This document shows positions 1-8,971 of a stretch of DNA of 64,000 nt, one piece after another. The stretch is taken from contig JAKAWX010000001.1 in NCBI GenBank assembly GCA_021816865.1, positions 252,739 to 316,738 of the forward strand. The letters are read 5' to 3'. Under the pieces are notes generated by a model. The model ran no database searches, had not been told where the DNA came from, and saw only the letters and a list, made by a program, of their open reading frames with translations. The stretch's first letter is position 1. The number at the start of each line of letters is the position of its first letter. The DNA comes from Thermoplasmata archaeon. Its GTDB lineage: Archaea > Thermoplasmatota > Thermoplasmata > Lutacidiplasmatales > UBA184. The position numbers and the translations under genes were made by a program.

Positions 1-705
1 GACACGATCTTCGACCATGCGCTGACGTGCCGGGACGCGCTCCGGGCGGTCCGGGCCGCCCACCCGTACTTCCGAAGGATCACGCTGGATACGATGTGGA
101 CCGAGTACTCCCGGCTGCTCGAGGAGGAGCACCCCGCGATCCTGGCGGGAACGGTCGGCCCGGACGTCGTCCGCGCGGAACGGTTCCGGCGGCTCGCGGC
201 CCGATGCGGCCGGACCCTCAGCGACCGCGAGGCGGCGAGACTGTCCCGCGCCTACCGGCGACAGTATCAGGCGAAGCGTCGCGGCATCCCCGGGGCGAAG
301 CGCCTCCTCGAGCGTCTGCACGGACGCACGGTGATCGGCATCGTCACCAACAACCAGGTCGGTGAGCAGGAGACCAAGCTCTCGTTCCTCGGGATCCGGC
401 CCCTGGTCGACTTCATGGTCGTCTCGGAGGGCGTGGGCGTGGCGAAACCGGACCCGCGGATTTTCCGGATCGCTCTCGACCGTGCCGCCGCCGAGCCCGC
501 GCAGACGGTGATGGTCGGAGACTCCTGGTTCAGCGACGTGGTCGGCGCCCGGTCCGCGGGAATCCGCCCGGTGTGGTTCAACCGGTTTCACCGTCCCCGA
601 CCCCAGCCGATCCCGGTCGCCCAGGTGGATTCGTTCCGCGCATCGAGACGGGTCGAATCGGCGCTGGCCGGGAACGCCGGCGAGCCTCGCGGCCCCACCC
701 GCTGA
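1..705 (+). CDS. HAD-superfamily hydrolase (5' partial)
   Basis: Frame is open from base 1 (DTIFDH, tail of HAD motif I); later motifs IVTN, KPDPRIF and MVGDSWFSDVVGA. Confidence 0.85.
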   Translation, partial: DTIFDHALTCRDALRAVRAAHPYFRRITLDTMWTEYSRLLEEEHPAILAGTVGPDVVRAERFRRLAARCGRTLSDREAARLSRAYRRQYQAKRRGIPGAKRLLERLHGRTVIGIVTNNQVGEQETKLSFLGIRPLVDFMVVSEGVGVAKPDPRIFRIALDRAAAEPAQTVMVGDSWFSDVVGARSAGIRPVWFNRFHRPRPQPIPVAQVDSFRASRRVESALAGNAGEPRGPTR

Positions 706-714
706 CGCGACCAG

Positions 715-1947
715 GTGGCGAGTTATATCGCACCGCGGGTTCGGCGCTCGATGTCCGGTACCGGGTCCAGCTGGACGCCCCTCGCCCGGCGGGTCCTTCC
801 CGCGATGCGGGCGTGGAGGACGGCGATCCATCAGGAGCCCGAGCTCTCGCTCGGCGAAGTGAAGACGCGCGAGAAGATCGTCGCCGCGCTCCGGGAGCTG
901 GGGATCCCGTACCAAACCTTCGACGACTTTCCGGGCGTCGTCGGATTCATCGACGCCGACCGGCCCGGGCCCGTGGTCGCCCTGCGCGCCGACATGGACG
1001 GACTCCCCGTCACGGAGGAGACCGGTCTCCCGTTCGCCTCGAGCTTCCCCGGTCGGATGCACGCGTGCGGCCACGACGTGCACATGGCGTGTCTGCTCGG
1101 GGCGGCGGCGATGCTGACGCGCGAACCCCGGCCGAGGGGGGGCCCGATCCGGCTCCTCTTCCAGCCCGCCGAGGAGGAGGGCCGCGTCGGCGGCGCCGAG
1201 CCGTTGATCGCCCGGGGATGCCTCGACCGTCCGAAGGTCGCCTACGTGGTCGGCCAGCACGTCGACCCGAGCCTCCCGCTGGGTCGCGTCGGCTGGCGGG
1301 CGGGACCGTTCATGGCGGCCGCCGACCACTTCCGCGTCGTTGTCCGAGGTCGCGGCGGCCACGCAGCGACCCCCCATCAGGGGCCCGACGCGATCGTCAT
1401 CGCGAGCGAGGTCGTCACGGGCCTGCAGGCGCTCGTGAGTCGGGTGCGCGACCCGCTCGACCCGGTCGTCGTGAGCGTCGGCTCGATCCACGGCGGCACG
1501 CGCAACAACATCCTGCCGGACGAGGTCGTGCTCGAGGGCACGGTCCGCACCCTGCGGGCGTCGACCCGCGACCTCCTCGAACGTGCGTTCCGGCGACGCG
1601 TCCGGGCGATCGCGGCGAGCCTTGGCGCCCGCGTCCGGATATCGTACCACCGAGGATACCCGCCGCTCGTCAACGACCCGGCCGCGACCCGCGTCGTCGC
1701 GAGCGCGCTCGCGATCGAGCTCGGGAGCCGCAACGTGGTCGAGGTCGAGCACCCGCTCATGGGGGCCGAGGATTTCTCGCGCTACCTCGAACGCGTGCCG
1801 GGAACGTTCCTCCGGCTGGGCGTCGGAATCCCGGGACGGCCCGCAAGCCTCCACAGCTCGACGTTCGCGCCCGATGAGCGGGCGCTCGTCCTCGGAGCCG
1901 CGACGCTCGCCGCGGCCGCGGACGGCCTCCAGCGGGGCCCCCCGTGA
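715..1947 (+). CDS. M20 family amidohydrolase
   Basis: HQEPELS, LRADMDGLP, MHACGHD, FQPAEE and GAEDF motifs; true start may be ATG 751. Confidence 0.9.
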   Translation: MASYIAPRVRRSMSGTGSSWTPLARRVLPAMRAWRTAIHQEPELSLGEVKTREKIVAALRELGIPYQTFDDFPGVVGFIDADRPGPVVALRADMDGLPVTEETGLPFASSFPGRMHACGHDVHMACLLGAAAMLTREPRPRGGPIRLLFQPAEEEGRVGGAEPLIARGCLDRPKVAYVVGQHVDPSLPLGRVGWRAGPFMAAADHFRVVVRGRGGHAATPHQGPDAIVIASEVVTGLQALVSRVRDPLDPVVVSVGSIHGGTRNNILPDEVVLEGTVRTLRASTRDLLERAFRRRVRAIAASLGARVRISYHRGYPPLVNDPAATRVVASALAIELGSRNVVEVEHPLMGAEDFSRYLERVPGTFLRLGVGIPGRPASLHSSTFAPDERALVLGAATLAAAADGLQRGPP

Positions 1948-3320
1948 ACGTCGGGCGGATTCGGTCGGAGTTCCCGGCACTCTCGAAGGCCACCGGGGAG
2001 CGCCCGCCGGCCTACCTCGACTCGGCCTGCATGTCGCTCGTCCCGCGCCCCGTGTTGGACGCGATGACGGAGTACTACCGCGACTACCCCGGGTGCGCCG
2101 GGCGCAGCCTTCACCGGTTCGCGGTCGAGGTCGGGCGGCGCTTCGAGGAAAGCCGGGAAACGTTCGCCCGCTTCCTCGGCCGCTCGGACCCGCGGGCCAC
2201 GGTGTTCGTCCGCAACGCCACGGAAGCGATCAACCTCGTCGGCGAGGGGCTCGCCTGGCGTCGTGGGGACCGGGTGCTGATCTCCGACCGCGAGCACAAC
2301 TCGAACCTCATCGTCTGGCAGCGGCTCGTCCGGGAGCGCGGGATCCGCCTCGAGATCCTCCGGCTGCCGGACGACGGTTCGTTCGACGGCGAGGAGCTCG
2401 ACCGTCACCTCGCCCGGGGCGTCCGCCTCGTAAGTCTCTTCCATACGTCGAACCTCGACGGCCGATCCTTGCCGGTCCGCGAGATCACCGAACGGGGGCA
2501 CGATGCGGGAGCCCTCGTGCTGTTCGACGGGTGCCAGGCGGCCCCCCATTCGAAGATCGACCTCGACCGGGCGGGGGTCGACTTCTACGCGGTCTCGGCC
2601 CACAAGATGCTCGGGCCGACCGGCACCGGCGTTCTTTCGGGCGCCCCCGGCGCCCTCGACACGCTTCGGCCGCTCCTCGTCGGTGGGGAGACCGTCGTCC
2701 GCAGCGACCTCTCGAGCCACGAGCTTCGCGACGCGCCGTACCGGTTCGAGGCGGGTCTGCAGAACTACGCCGGGGCGATCGGAGCGAAAGCCGCCCTCGA
2801 CTACCTCGACCGGGTCGGCGTCGACGCCGTTCGCGCCCAGGAGCTCCGCCTCAACCGTCGGGTCACCGCGGCGTTCGAGGACGAGCGTCGCCTCGAGCTC
2901 CTCGGCCCCCGGGACCCCGCGGCCCGTCCGAGCATCTTCGCGTTCGCGCTTCAGGGCATCGACCCGGCCGACGCGGCGCTCTTCCTCGACGAGGGCCACG
3001 GGGTGATGGTCCGCTCGGGGATGCATTGCGTCCATTCCTTCTACGCGGAACGGGGGCTCTCGGGCAGCGTCCGTGCGTCGTTCTACCTCTACAACGACAC
3101 CTCGGACGCCGACCGGCTCGTCGCCGGCCTCGCCGAGCTCCTCGAACGGGTCCCCGGCCGGTCGGTCAGCGGTACATCGGCTGCGACGACGGCGCCGTCG
3201 CCTCGCCGTGCGGCCGTTCGGCCGCGTGCCGCTGGATCGAAAGGAGCTGCTGCTCGATCCGCTCGGCCTCCGCGTACAGCGGGACCGGGTCGAGCGGCGT
3301 CCGCAACAGGATCCGGTTGA
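1944..3320 (+). CDS. Cysteine desulfurase-like class V PLP aminotransferase (SufS-like)
   Basis: YLDSAC, EHNSN, SAHKMLGPTG (PLP Lys), RSGMHC and RASFYLYN. Confidence 0.88.
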   Translation: MNVGRIRSEFPALSKATGERPPAYLDSACMSLVPRPVLDAMTEYYRDYPGCAGRSLHRFAVEVGRRFEESRETFARFLGRSDPRATVFVRNATEAINLVGEGLAWRRGDRVLISDREHNSNLIVWQRLVRERGIRLEILRLPDDGSFDGEELDRHLARGVRLVSLFHTSNLDGRSLPVREITERGHDAGALVLFDGCQAAPHSKIDLDRAGVDFYAVSAHKMLGPTGTGVLSGAPGALDTLRPLLVGGETVVRSDLSSHELRDAPYRFEAGLQNYAGAIGAKAALDYLDRVGVDAVRAQELRLNRRVTAAFEDERRLELLGPRDPAARPSIFAFALQGIDPADAALFLDEGHGVMVRSGMHCVHSFYAERGLSGSVRASFYLYNDTSDADRLVAGLAELLERVPGRSVSGTSAATTAPSPRRAAVRPRAAGSKGAAARSARPPRTAGPGRAASATGSG

Positions 3321-3981
3321 TCGTTTCGATCACCTTCGCCGCGGCGCGGGCGTCCGGATAGTCCGACTGCGCCTCGGCGAGGAACGTGAGGACATCAAAC
3401 CCTCGCCGGCGGCCCTCGTTGAGCAGGACCCCGGCGATCCCCGTGATGACCCCTTCGGTGAACGGGATCATGTTCGGCTCGATGTAGAGCTCGCGCGCTT
3501 TGCGCGTGCTCGCGACACCGTAGACCTTCACGTCGTTGAGCCGGGGCGGACGGGCCGTCTTTCCCGGATGCGGCGCCGCCTCCACGACGAGTCCTTCCGG
3601 GGAGACCAGCAGCGAGCAACGCTGCTCCTGGACCCAGTCGAGGATGGCCGTGGCGAGCGGATGAATGACCGTCGGCGCGGGGTGGAACTCCGAGACGAAA
3701 GCGACGATCTTGTCGGCACCGCGGCCCGCACGGTCGGCGGGAGGCCGACCGGCGTAGATCCGCACGGGGTGCTGCGGGTTGCCGTTCCGCACGAGCGAGA
3801 CCGTCGGGAAGGCGGCCGACTCCACGATCCCGATCTGCTCCATCTCGAGCGTGTCGATAAGGTAGTTCGCGACGATCGAGCTCACCAGGCCTACCGACGG
3901 GAACCCGTCGATGACGATCGCGCCCTCGACGTCGACCCGCTTGATCTCGTAGATCCGCACGGAGTCCGAACTGTTCGCCAT
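3166..3981 (-). CDS. PAC2-family proteasome assembly chaperone-like protein
   Basis: IDGFPSVGLVSSIVANYL, PVRIY, GVITGIAGVLL and YPDARAAA. Confidence 0.85.
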   Translation of the reverse strand: MANSSDSVRIYEIKRVDVEGAIVIDGFPSVGLVSSIVANYLIDTLEMEQIGIVESAAFPTVSLVRNGNPQHPVRIYAGRPPADRAGRGADKIVAFVSEFHPAPTVIHPLATAILDWVQEQRCSLLVSPEGLVVEAAPHPGKTARPPRLNDVKVYGVASTRKARELYIEPNMIPFTEGVITGIAGVLLNEGRRRGFDVLTFLAEAQSDYPDARAAAKVIETINRILLRTPLDPVPLYAEAERIEQQLLSIQRHAAERPHGEATAPSSQPMYR

Positions 3982-3984
3982 GGC

Positions 3985-4344
3985 CTAGAGGGACCTCTCG
4001 ACGATCTGTCCGAGCTCCTTCGAGATCAGGTCGACCAGGTCCCTCGTCATCGCGCGGCGCACGTCGGGCGGAAGGGCGGAGAGGCCGAGACGGGCCGTCG
4101 CCGTGCCCACCCGCACGAGCGCGGCGTACTCCATCGCGCGGGCCTCGAGCAGGTCGCGGACCGCGTCCTTGAGGTCCTGGGAGAGCTTCGGGTCCTCCTT
4201 GAGCGTCTTCTCGAGGTGGTGACGGATCTCGTCCTTGACGATGTCACGGGTCGCCTCCCGGACGAGCTCTTCGGGGCGAAGCAGGTCGCGGGTGCTCTTC
4301 AAGAGCATGTCGATCGGTTCCCCGGACGACGACCCTTCCGCCAT
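3985..4344 (-). CDS. Hypothetical helical protein
   Basis: Natural amino-acid composition from ATG 4344; stop lies 3 nt before the PAC2 start. Confidence 0.7.
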   Translation of the reverse strand: MAEGSSSGEPIDMLLKSTRDLLRPEELVREATRDIVKDEIRHHLEKTLKEDPKLSQDLKDAVRDLLEARAMEYAALVRVGTATARLGLSALPPDVRRAMTRDLVDLISKELGQIVERSL

Positions 4345-4538
4345 GGGGCGTGCGAACCGACCCAATCGCATAAGCGTTTGGCTCGTGGGGCGGCGCGGCG
4401 CCCCGCCCTCCGGCCGCGGCCGACACGCGCCGGCGTCGAACTTCGGCGGACCGGCGCGGCCGCGCGCCCGGGGTCGGGCCGGGCGTCGACCGGTCGGGAG
4501 AAGGACTTATCCTGCGTCCGCTCTCGCCCGACCGGCGT

Positions 4539-4644
4539 GGGCCGGTAGATCAGCGGAAGATCGCTACCTTGGCAAGGTAGAGGTCGCGAGTTCAAAGGGC
4601 CGGGGACCCCGTCGGGCCCCGGCCGGGGAATCTCGCCCGGTCCA
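4539..4644 (+). tRNA. tRNA-Ala(GGC) with a 34-nt intron at 59/60 (4597-4630)
   Basis: Acceptor GGGCCGG/CCGGTCC with G3:U70 and A73; D stem GATC/GATC; anticodon arm CTACC-TTGGCAA-GGTAG (GGC at 4571-4573); T stem GCGAG/CTCGC is completed only after removing 4597-4630; CCA not encoded. Confidence 0.92.
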
Positions 4645-4714
4645 CTCCTCCGGGGTCGGGACGGGGCCGTCTTCGGCAGATGTCGACCGTCCCCACCGAC
4701 ACGAAGGGCATCGA

Positions 4715-4720
4715 TTTATA
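4715..4720 (+). promoter_or_regulatory. TATA box, probable leaderless promoter of the HTH/HMG-CoA synthase operon
   Basis: TTTATA in a GC-rich background, about 25 nt before GTG 4745. Confidence 0.6.
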
Positions 4721-4744
4721 CCGGCCGTCTCCTCGCGGGCCTCC

Positions 4745-5422
4745 GTGGAGGCCGAGATCCGGGAGAAGATCGCCGGTGAGGTCGTGCTATCGCCGCACCC
4801 CGGCCGTACTCTACGGAAGTGGCGGGAGGATTTCGGCATCTCGCAACGGGACCTCGCGAAGCATCTCGAGACCGTCCCCTCCGTGATCAGCGACTACGAA
4901 GCCGAGCGGCGCGCGAGCCCGGGCGCGGGGTTCATCCGTCGGTACGTCGAGGGGCTCCTCTCGCTCGACGCGGCGACGGGAAGTCGGGTCGGCCAGCGGC
5001 TCGGATTCCCTCCGCACTCCGAGGGGATCCTCGGCATGCGCGAGTTCGCGGTCGCGATCCCCTTGCGGGCGCTCGCCGATCGCCTGGACGCCCGGCCCGT
5101 CAGCCGCGTCGACCTTCACCGGGACATCCACGGCTTCACGATCCTCGACGCGCCCCGGGCGATCCTCGCGATCGACTCCTCGCGGTTCGTGGAGGTCTAC
5201 GGCTGGACGACCCAGCGCGCGCTCGTCTTCGCCAACGTGAAGTACGGGCGTTCGCCGATGGTCGCGATCCGCGCCCACCCTCTCAAGCCGGCCGCCGTGA
5301 TCTTCTGCGCGCCCGGCCGCATCGATCCGCTCGCCGTCCGGCTGAGCGAGGTCGAGAACATCCCCCTCCTCACGACCGTGCTTTCCGCACCGGCGGTGCT
5401 CGAGAAGCTCGAGGAGCTCTAG
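4745..5422 (+). CDS. XRE-type HTH transcriptional regulator (archaeal COG1709-like)
   Basis: EKIAGEVVLS, LRKWREDFGISQRDLA, SVISDYE and GRSPMVAIR; this family commonly precedes archaeal HMG-CoA synthase. Confidence 0.85.
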   Translation: MEAEIREKIAGEVVLSPHPGRTLRKWREDFGISQRDLAKHLETVPSVISDYEAERRASPGAGFIRRYVEGLLSLDAATGSRVGQRLGFPPHSEGILGMREFAVAIPLRALADRLDARPVSRVDLHRDIHGFTILDAPRAILAIDSSRFVEVYGWTTQRALVFANVKYGRSPMVAIRAHPLKPAAVIFCAPGRIDPLAVRLSEVENIPLLTTVLSAPAVLEKLEEL

Positions 5423-5440
5423 CGGTCCAGGAGGAAGAAC

Positions 5441-6493
5441 ATGAAGGCAGGCATCGTGAGCTACGGCGCGTACGTTCCGCGGTACCGGATCACGCCGCGC
5501 GAGATCGGCCAGGTGTGGGGCACGGACGGCGACGCGATGGGACAGGGGCTGAACGTCTTCCGAAAGAGCGTCCCGTCCCCGGACGAGGACACGATCACGA
5601 TCTCGACCGAGGCGCTTCGGACGGCCCTTGTTCGCGGGGCGATCGACCCCCAGCAGATCGGCGCGATCTACGTCGGGTCGGAGTCGCACCCGTACGCGGT
5701 GAAGCCGACCGCGACGGTCGTTGCTCAGGCGGTGGGCGCGACTCCGAACCTTACGGCCGCGGACTTCGAGTTCGCCTGCAAGGCCGGGACGGCGGCGATC
5801 CAGACCTGCCTTGGCCTCGTCGGAGCCGAGATGATCCGGTACGGGGTGGCGATCGGCACCGACACCTCCCAGGGAGCGCCGGGCGACGCGCTCGAGTACT
5901 CCGCGAGCGCGGGAGGAGCCGCGTTCGTCCTCGGCCGCGAACGGGTCATCTGCCGCGTGGAGCGCACGCTCTCCTACACCACCGACACGCCGGACTTCTG
6001 GCGCCGCGAGGGCCAGAAGTATCCGAGCCACGGCGGTCGGTTCACGGGGGAACCCGCCTACTTCCGCCACGTGACCGAGTGCGCGCACCGGATCATGGAG
6101 GCCTCGGGCACGAGCCCGAAGGACTACGCGCACGTCGTCTTCCACCAACCGAACGGCAAGTTCCCGCAGCGCGTGGGAAAGCAGCTCGGGTTTGGGGACG
6201 CCCAGATGCGCTACGGGCTCGTCACGCCGTTCATCGGGAACACCTACTCCGGCGCCGCGCTCATCGGGCTCGCGAACGTCCTCGACCGCGCCCGGCCGGG
6301 CGAGCGGATCCTCATGGTCGGCTACGGATCGGGCGCCGGGTCGGACGCGTTCGACCTCGAAACGACCGACGAGATCGAACGCTACGACCGGTCGTTCGGA
6401 CGACCCGTCCAGTGGTACCTCGACCACGGCGTCGAGCTCTCGTACGCCGTGTACGCGAAGTTCCGCGGCAAGATCCGCATGGGAGGGGAGTGA
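5441..6493 (+). CDS. Archaeal hydroxymethylglutaryl-CoA synthase
   Basis: [18 protein letters not shown] (catalytic Cys), FHQPN and GNTYSG; SD GGAGG upstream. Confidence 0.95.
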   Translation: MKAGIVSYGAYVPRYRITPREIGQVWGTDGDAMGQGLNVFRKSVPSPDEDTITISTEALRTALVRGAIDPQQIGAIYVGSESHPYAVKPTATVVAQAVGATPNLTAADFEFACKAGTAAIQTCLGLVGAEMIRYGVAIGTDTSQGAPGDALEYSASAGGAAFVLGRERVICRVERTLSYTTDTPDFWRREGQKYPSHGGRFTGEPAYFRHVTECAHRIMEASGTSPKDYAHVVFHQPNGKFPQRVGKQLGFGDAQMRYGLVTPFIGNTYSGAALIGLANVLDRARPGERILMVGYGSGAGSDAFDLETTDEIERYDRSFGRPVQWYLDHGVELSYAVYAKFRGKIRMGGE

Positions 6494-6495
6494 CG

Positions 6496-7665
6496 ATGCG
6501 CGAGGTCGCCGTCCTCGGGATCGGGCAGACGAAGTTCGGCGAGCTCTGGGACCGCTCGTTCCGAGAGATCGGGATCGAGGCCGGCCTGGAAGCCCTCGTG
6601 GACGCGAAGCTCTCCTCGGCGGACCTCGGCGCGCTGTACCTCGGCAACATGGCGTCCGGTACGCTGCTCGACCAGGAACACATCGCGCCGCTGATCCTCG
6701 ACTACGCGGGACTCGCGGGCCGCCATCTCCCCGCGATGCGGGTCGAGGGCGGCGGAGCGTCCGGCGCGCTCGCCCTGCACCAGGGGTACCTCGCGGTCGC
6801 GAGCGGCCTGTACGACTTCGTCGTCGTCGGCGGCGCGGAGAAGCTCACCGACGTGCCGGATTCGGCGGCCGCGGGGATCACGAGCTCGGCGGCGGACCAC
6901 GAGTGGGAGGTCGTGTTCGGCGCCACCCTGCCGGGGCTCTGGGCGCTCATCGCTCGCCGGCACATGCACCTCTTCGGCACCACCCGCGAGGACCTCGCGC
7001 GCGTCGCGGTACACGACCACGAGATGGGGTCGAGGAACCCGAACGCCCACTACCGCAATCGGATCTCGCTCGAACAGGTTGTCGGGGCGAGCCCGGTCGC
7101 GGAGCCGCTCGGCATGCTCGACTGCGCGCCGCTCTCGGACGGCGCGGCGGCGGTCGTGCTCGGCCCGCTCGACGTCGCGCGCCGGCATACCGACACACCG
7201 ATCCGCATCGCGGCGAGCCAGGTCGCGACCGACACGATGGCGCTCCAGCACCGCGACGACCTGACGACGCTCGCCTCGACCGTCGTCGCCGGTCGTCGGG
7301 CGTTCGAACAGGCCCGCCGGGCGCCGAAGGACGTCCGGGTCGCGGAGATCCACGACGCGTACACGATCAGCGCGCTCCTCGCCCTCGAGGACTTGGGGTT
7401 CGCCGAGAAGGGACGGGCCGGCCCCGACTTCGCGTCGGGACGGTTCGGGCTCCGGGGCGACCTCACGGTGAACCCGTCGGGCGGGCTGAAGGCCCAGGGC
7501 CGGCCGTTCGGCGCCGTGGGGGTCGCCCAGGTCGTCGAGATCGTCCGGCAGCTGCGCGGCGAAGCGAAGGACCGCCAGGTCCCGGGGGCCACGCTCGGCC
7601 TCGCGCACGACGTCGGAGGCACCGGCGCGACGAGCGTCGTCCACCTCCTCGAGAGGGTCCCGTAG
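6496..7665 (+). CDS. Archaeal thiolase-family protein of the HMGS/thiolase/DUF35 cluster, catalytic residues altered
   Basis: GQTKFGELW, DGAAAVV, EIHDAYT and NPSGGLKA; VEGGGASG and GRPFG replace the usual CASG and GHP. Confidence 0.9.
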   Translation: MREVAVLGIGQTKFGELWDRSFREIGIEAGLEALVDAKLSSADLGALYLGNMASGTLLDQEHIAPLILDYAGLAGRHLPAMRVEGGGASGALALHQGYLAVASGLYDFVVVGGAEKLTDVPDSAAAGITSSAADHEWEVVFGATLPGLWALIARRHMHLFGTTREDLARVAVHDHEMGSRNPNAHYRNRISLEQVVGASPVAEPLGMLDCAPLSDGAAAVVLGPLDVARRHTDTPIRIAASQVATDTMALQHRDDLTTLASTVVAGRRAFEQARRAPKDVRVAEIHDAYTISALLALEDLGFAEKGRAGPDFASGRFGLRGDLTVNPSGGLKAQGRPFGAVGVAQVVEIVRQLRGEAKDRQVPGATLGLAHDVGGTGATSVVHLLERVP

Positions 7666-7674
7666 GAGACGACG

Positions 7675-8163
7675 ATGTCGATCGCAAGATTCTGGCGCGA
7701 GACCCCCCGCCGCTACAACCTCGGTGGATCGAAGTGCACCTCCTGCGGGACGGTCTACTTTCCCCCCCGGGCCGTTTGCCCGGTCTGCACGCACCACCGC
7801 CAGTCGATCGAGAAGATGGTGCCGTTCCAGCTCTCGGGCGAAGGCACCGTGCTCTCCTTCACGGTCGTCCACGACGCCGCCGAAGGCTTCGAGATGCAGG
7901 CTCCCTACGTCCTCGCCCTCGTGAAGACCCCCGAGGGACCGGTGCTGACCGGACAGGTCGTTGACGTCCGCCCGGAGGAGGTCGGGATCGGGTTCAAGGT
8001 CCGCGCGACGTTCCGCAAGCTGCGCGAGGAGGGGCGGGCGGGCGTGATCCACTACGGCTACAAGTTCGCCCCCTCCGAGGAATCGACCGCCGCACCGCCC
8101 CTCGGACCGGCGGCGGCCGGCCCGCCGACGGAAGCGGCCGCGCGGGACCGGGCGACGTCGTGA
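7675..8163 (+). CDS. DUF35 Zn-ribbon/OB-fold protein
   Basis: CTSCG-x-YFPPRAVCPVC and GVIHYGYKF; follows the thiolase. Confidence 0.92.
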   Translation: MSIARFWRETPRRYNLGGSKCTSCGTVYFPPRAVCPVCTHHRQSIEKMVPFQLSGEGTVLSFTVVHDAAEGFEMQAPYVLALVKTPEGPVLTGQVVDVRPEEVGIGFKVRATFRKLREEGRAGVIHYGYKFAPSEESTAAPPLGPAAAGPPTEAAARDRATS

Positions 8164-8936
8164 GCGAGCCCGAGCGCCACGATCCCCCGTCCTCCGGCGA
8201 GGAGACTCCGCCGGCCGACGAGGAGTACGCGCGCACGTACGCCGCGGGGTACGAGGAAGGGGTGCGCAGCGCGCTCCGGGAGGTCCTCCAGCACACCTCC
8301 CGCGGCCACACCGCCCAGGAACTGAGGATCCTCGTGGAGAGTCGTCTCGCTCGGTTGGACGAGGAGGTCGAGCTCAAGCGAAAGGGTCTCCTCGGCCCTC
8401 CCCGCCGGCCGGCGTGGAACTCGCTCTTGCGGGCCCCGCAGCCGGCGCGGGCCTGGACCGGGCCCGCTCCCGGACCGTCGGCCCCCAGCCTTCGCCTCGC
8501 GCCGGGGACGAGCACGCTCGTGCGCGAGGAACGCCCGGCGCGCGCGGTCGCGATCCTCCGGTCGAACGCGGCCGGGTTCCCCCGGCTCGCGACCGTCTCG
8601 CTGCGCCCTCCCGACGTCCCCGGCGTTCCGCCCGACCGGCGCACGGACATCACGGTCGGCGCGACGGGAGCGTCCGCGGAATCCCGGCTCGCACCGGGCG
8701 AGATCGGCGGCCGGCTCCGGGACCCGACCGAAGCCGCCGGCGGGGCGCTCGTCTACGTCGACGCGCTCGAATTCCTGGCCACCGAGTACTCGCTCGATAC
8801 GACGCTCAAGTTCGTCCACTGGCTCGTCGCCCAGGTGCAGCAAACGGGTTCCGCGCTCCTCGTCTCGTTCGACCGGCGCGCGCTCGAACTGCGCGAGATG
8901 AGCCTCCTCGAGCGAGCGTTCGGCACCGTCGTATAG
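8160..8936 (+). CDS. DUF835-like domain protein
   Basis: C-terminal VYVDALEFLATEYSLDTTLKFVHWL...ELREMSLLER; GTGA overlap with the DUF35 stop. Confidence 0.65.
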   Translation: MSEPERHDPPSSGEETPPADEEYARTYAAGYEEGVRSALREVLQHTSRGHTAQELRILVESRLARLDEEVELKRKGLLGPPRRPAWNSLLRAPQPARAWTGPAPGPSAPSLRLAPGTSTLVREERPARAVAILRSNAAGFPRLATVSLRPPDVPGVPPDRRTDITVGATGASAESRLAPGEIGGRLRDPTEAAGGALVYVDALEFLATEYSLDTTLKFVHWLVAQVQQTGSALLVSFDRRALELREMSLLERAFGTVV

Positions 8937-8971
8937 TCATCGGGAGCCGATGCCGACTTGCGGGGCCGAGG

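Noticed and set aside
4380..4537. GC hairpins upstream of tRNA-Ala as a possible SRP or RNase P RNA
   Set aside because: The region is too short, I recognised no conserved motifs of either RNA, and the stems are explainable by GC content.
4819..7665. Apparent large fusion ORFs (also 29635..32370, 51870..54041, 54675..56732, 58773..61805, 12887..14746)
   Set aside because: Only the C-terminal part is protein-like; the upstream portions overlap other real genes.
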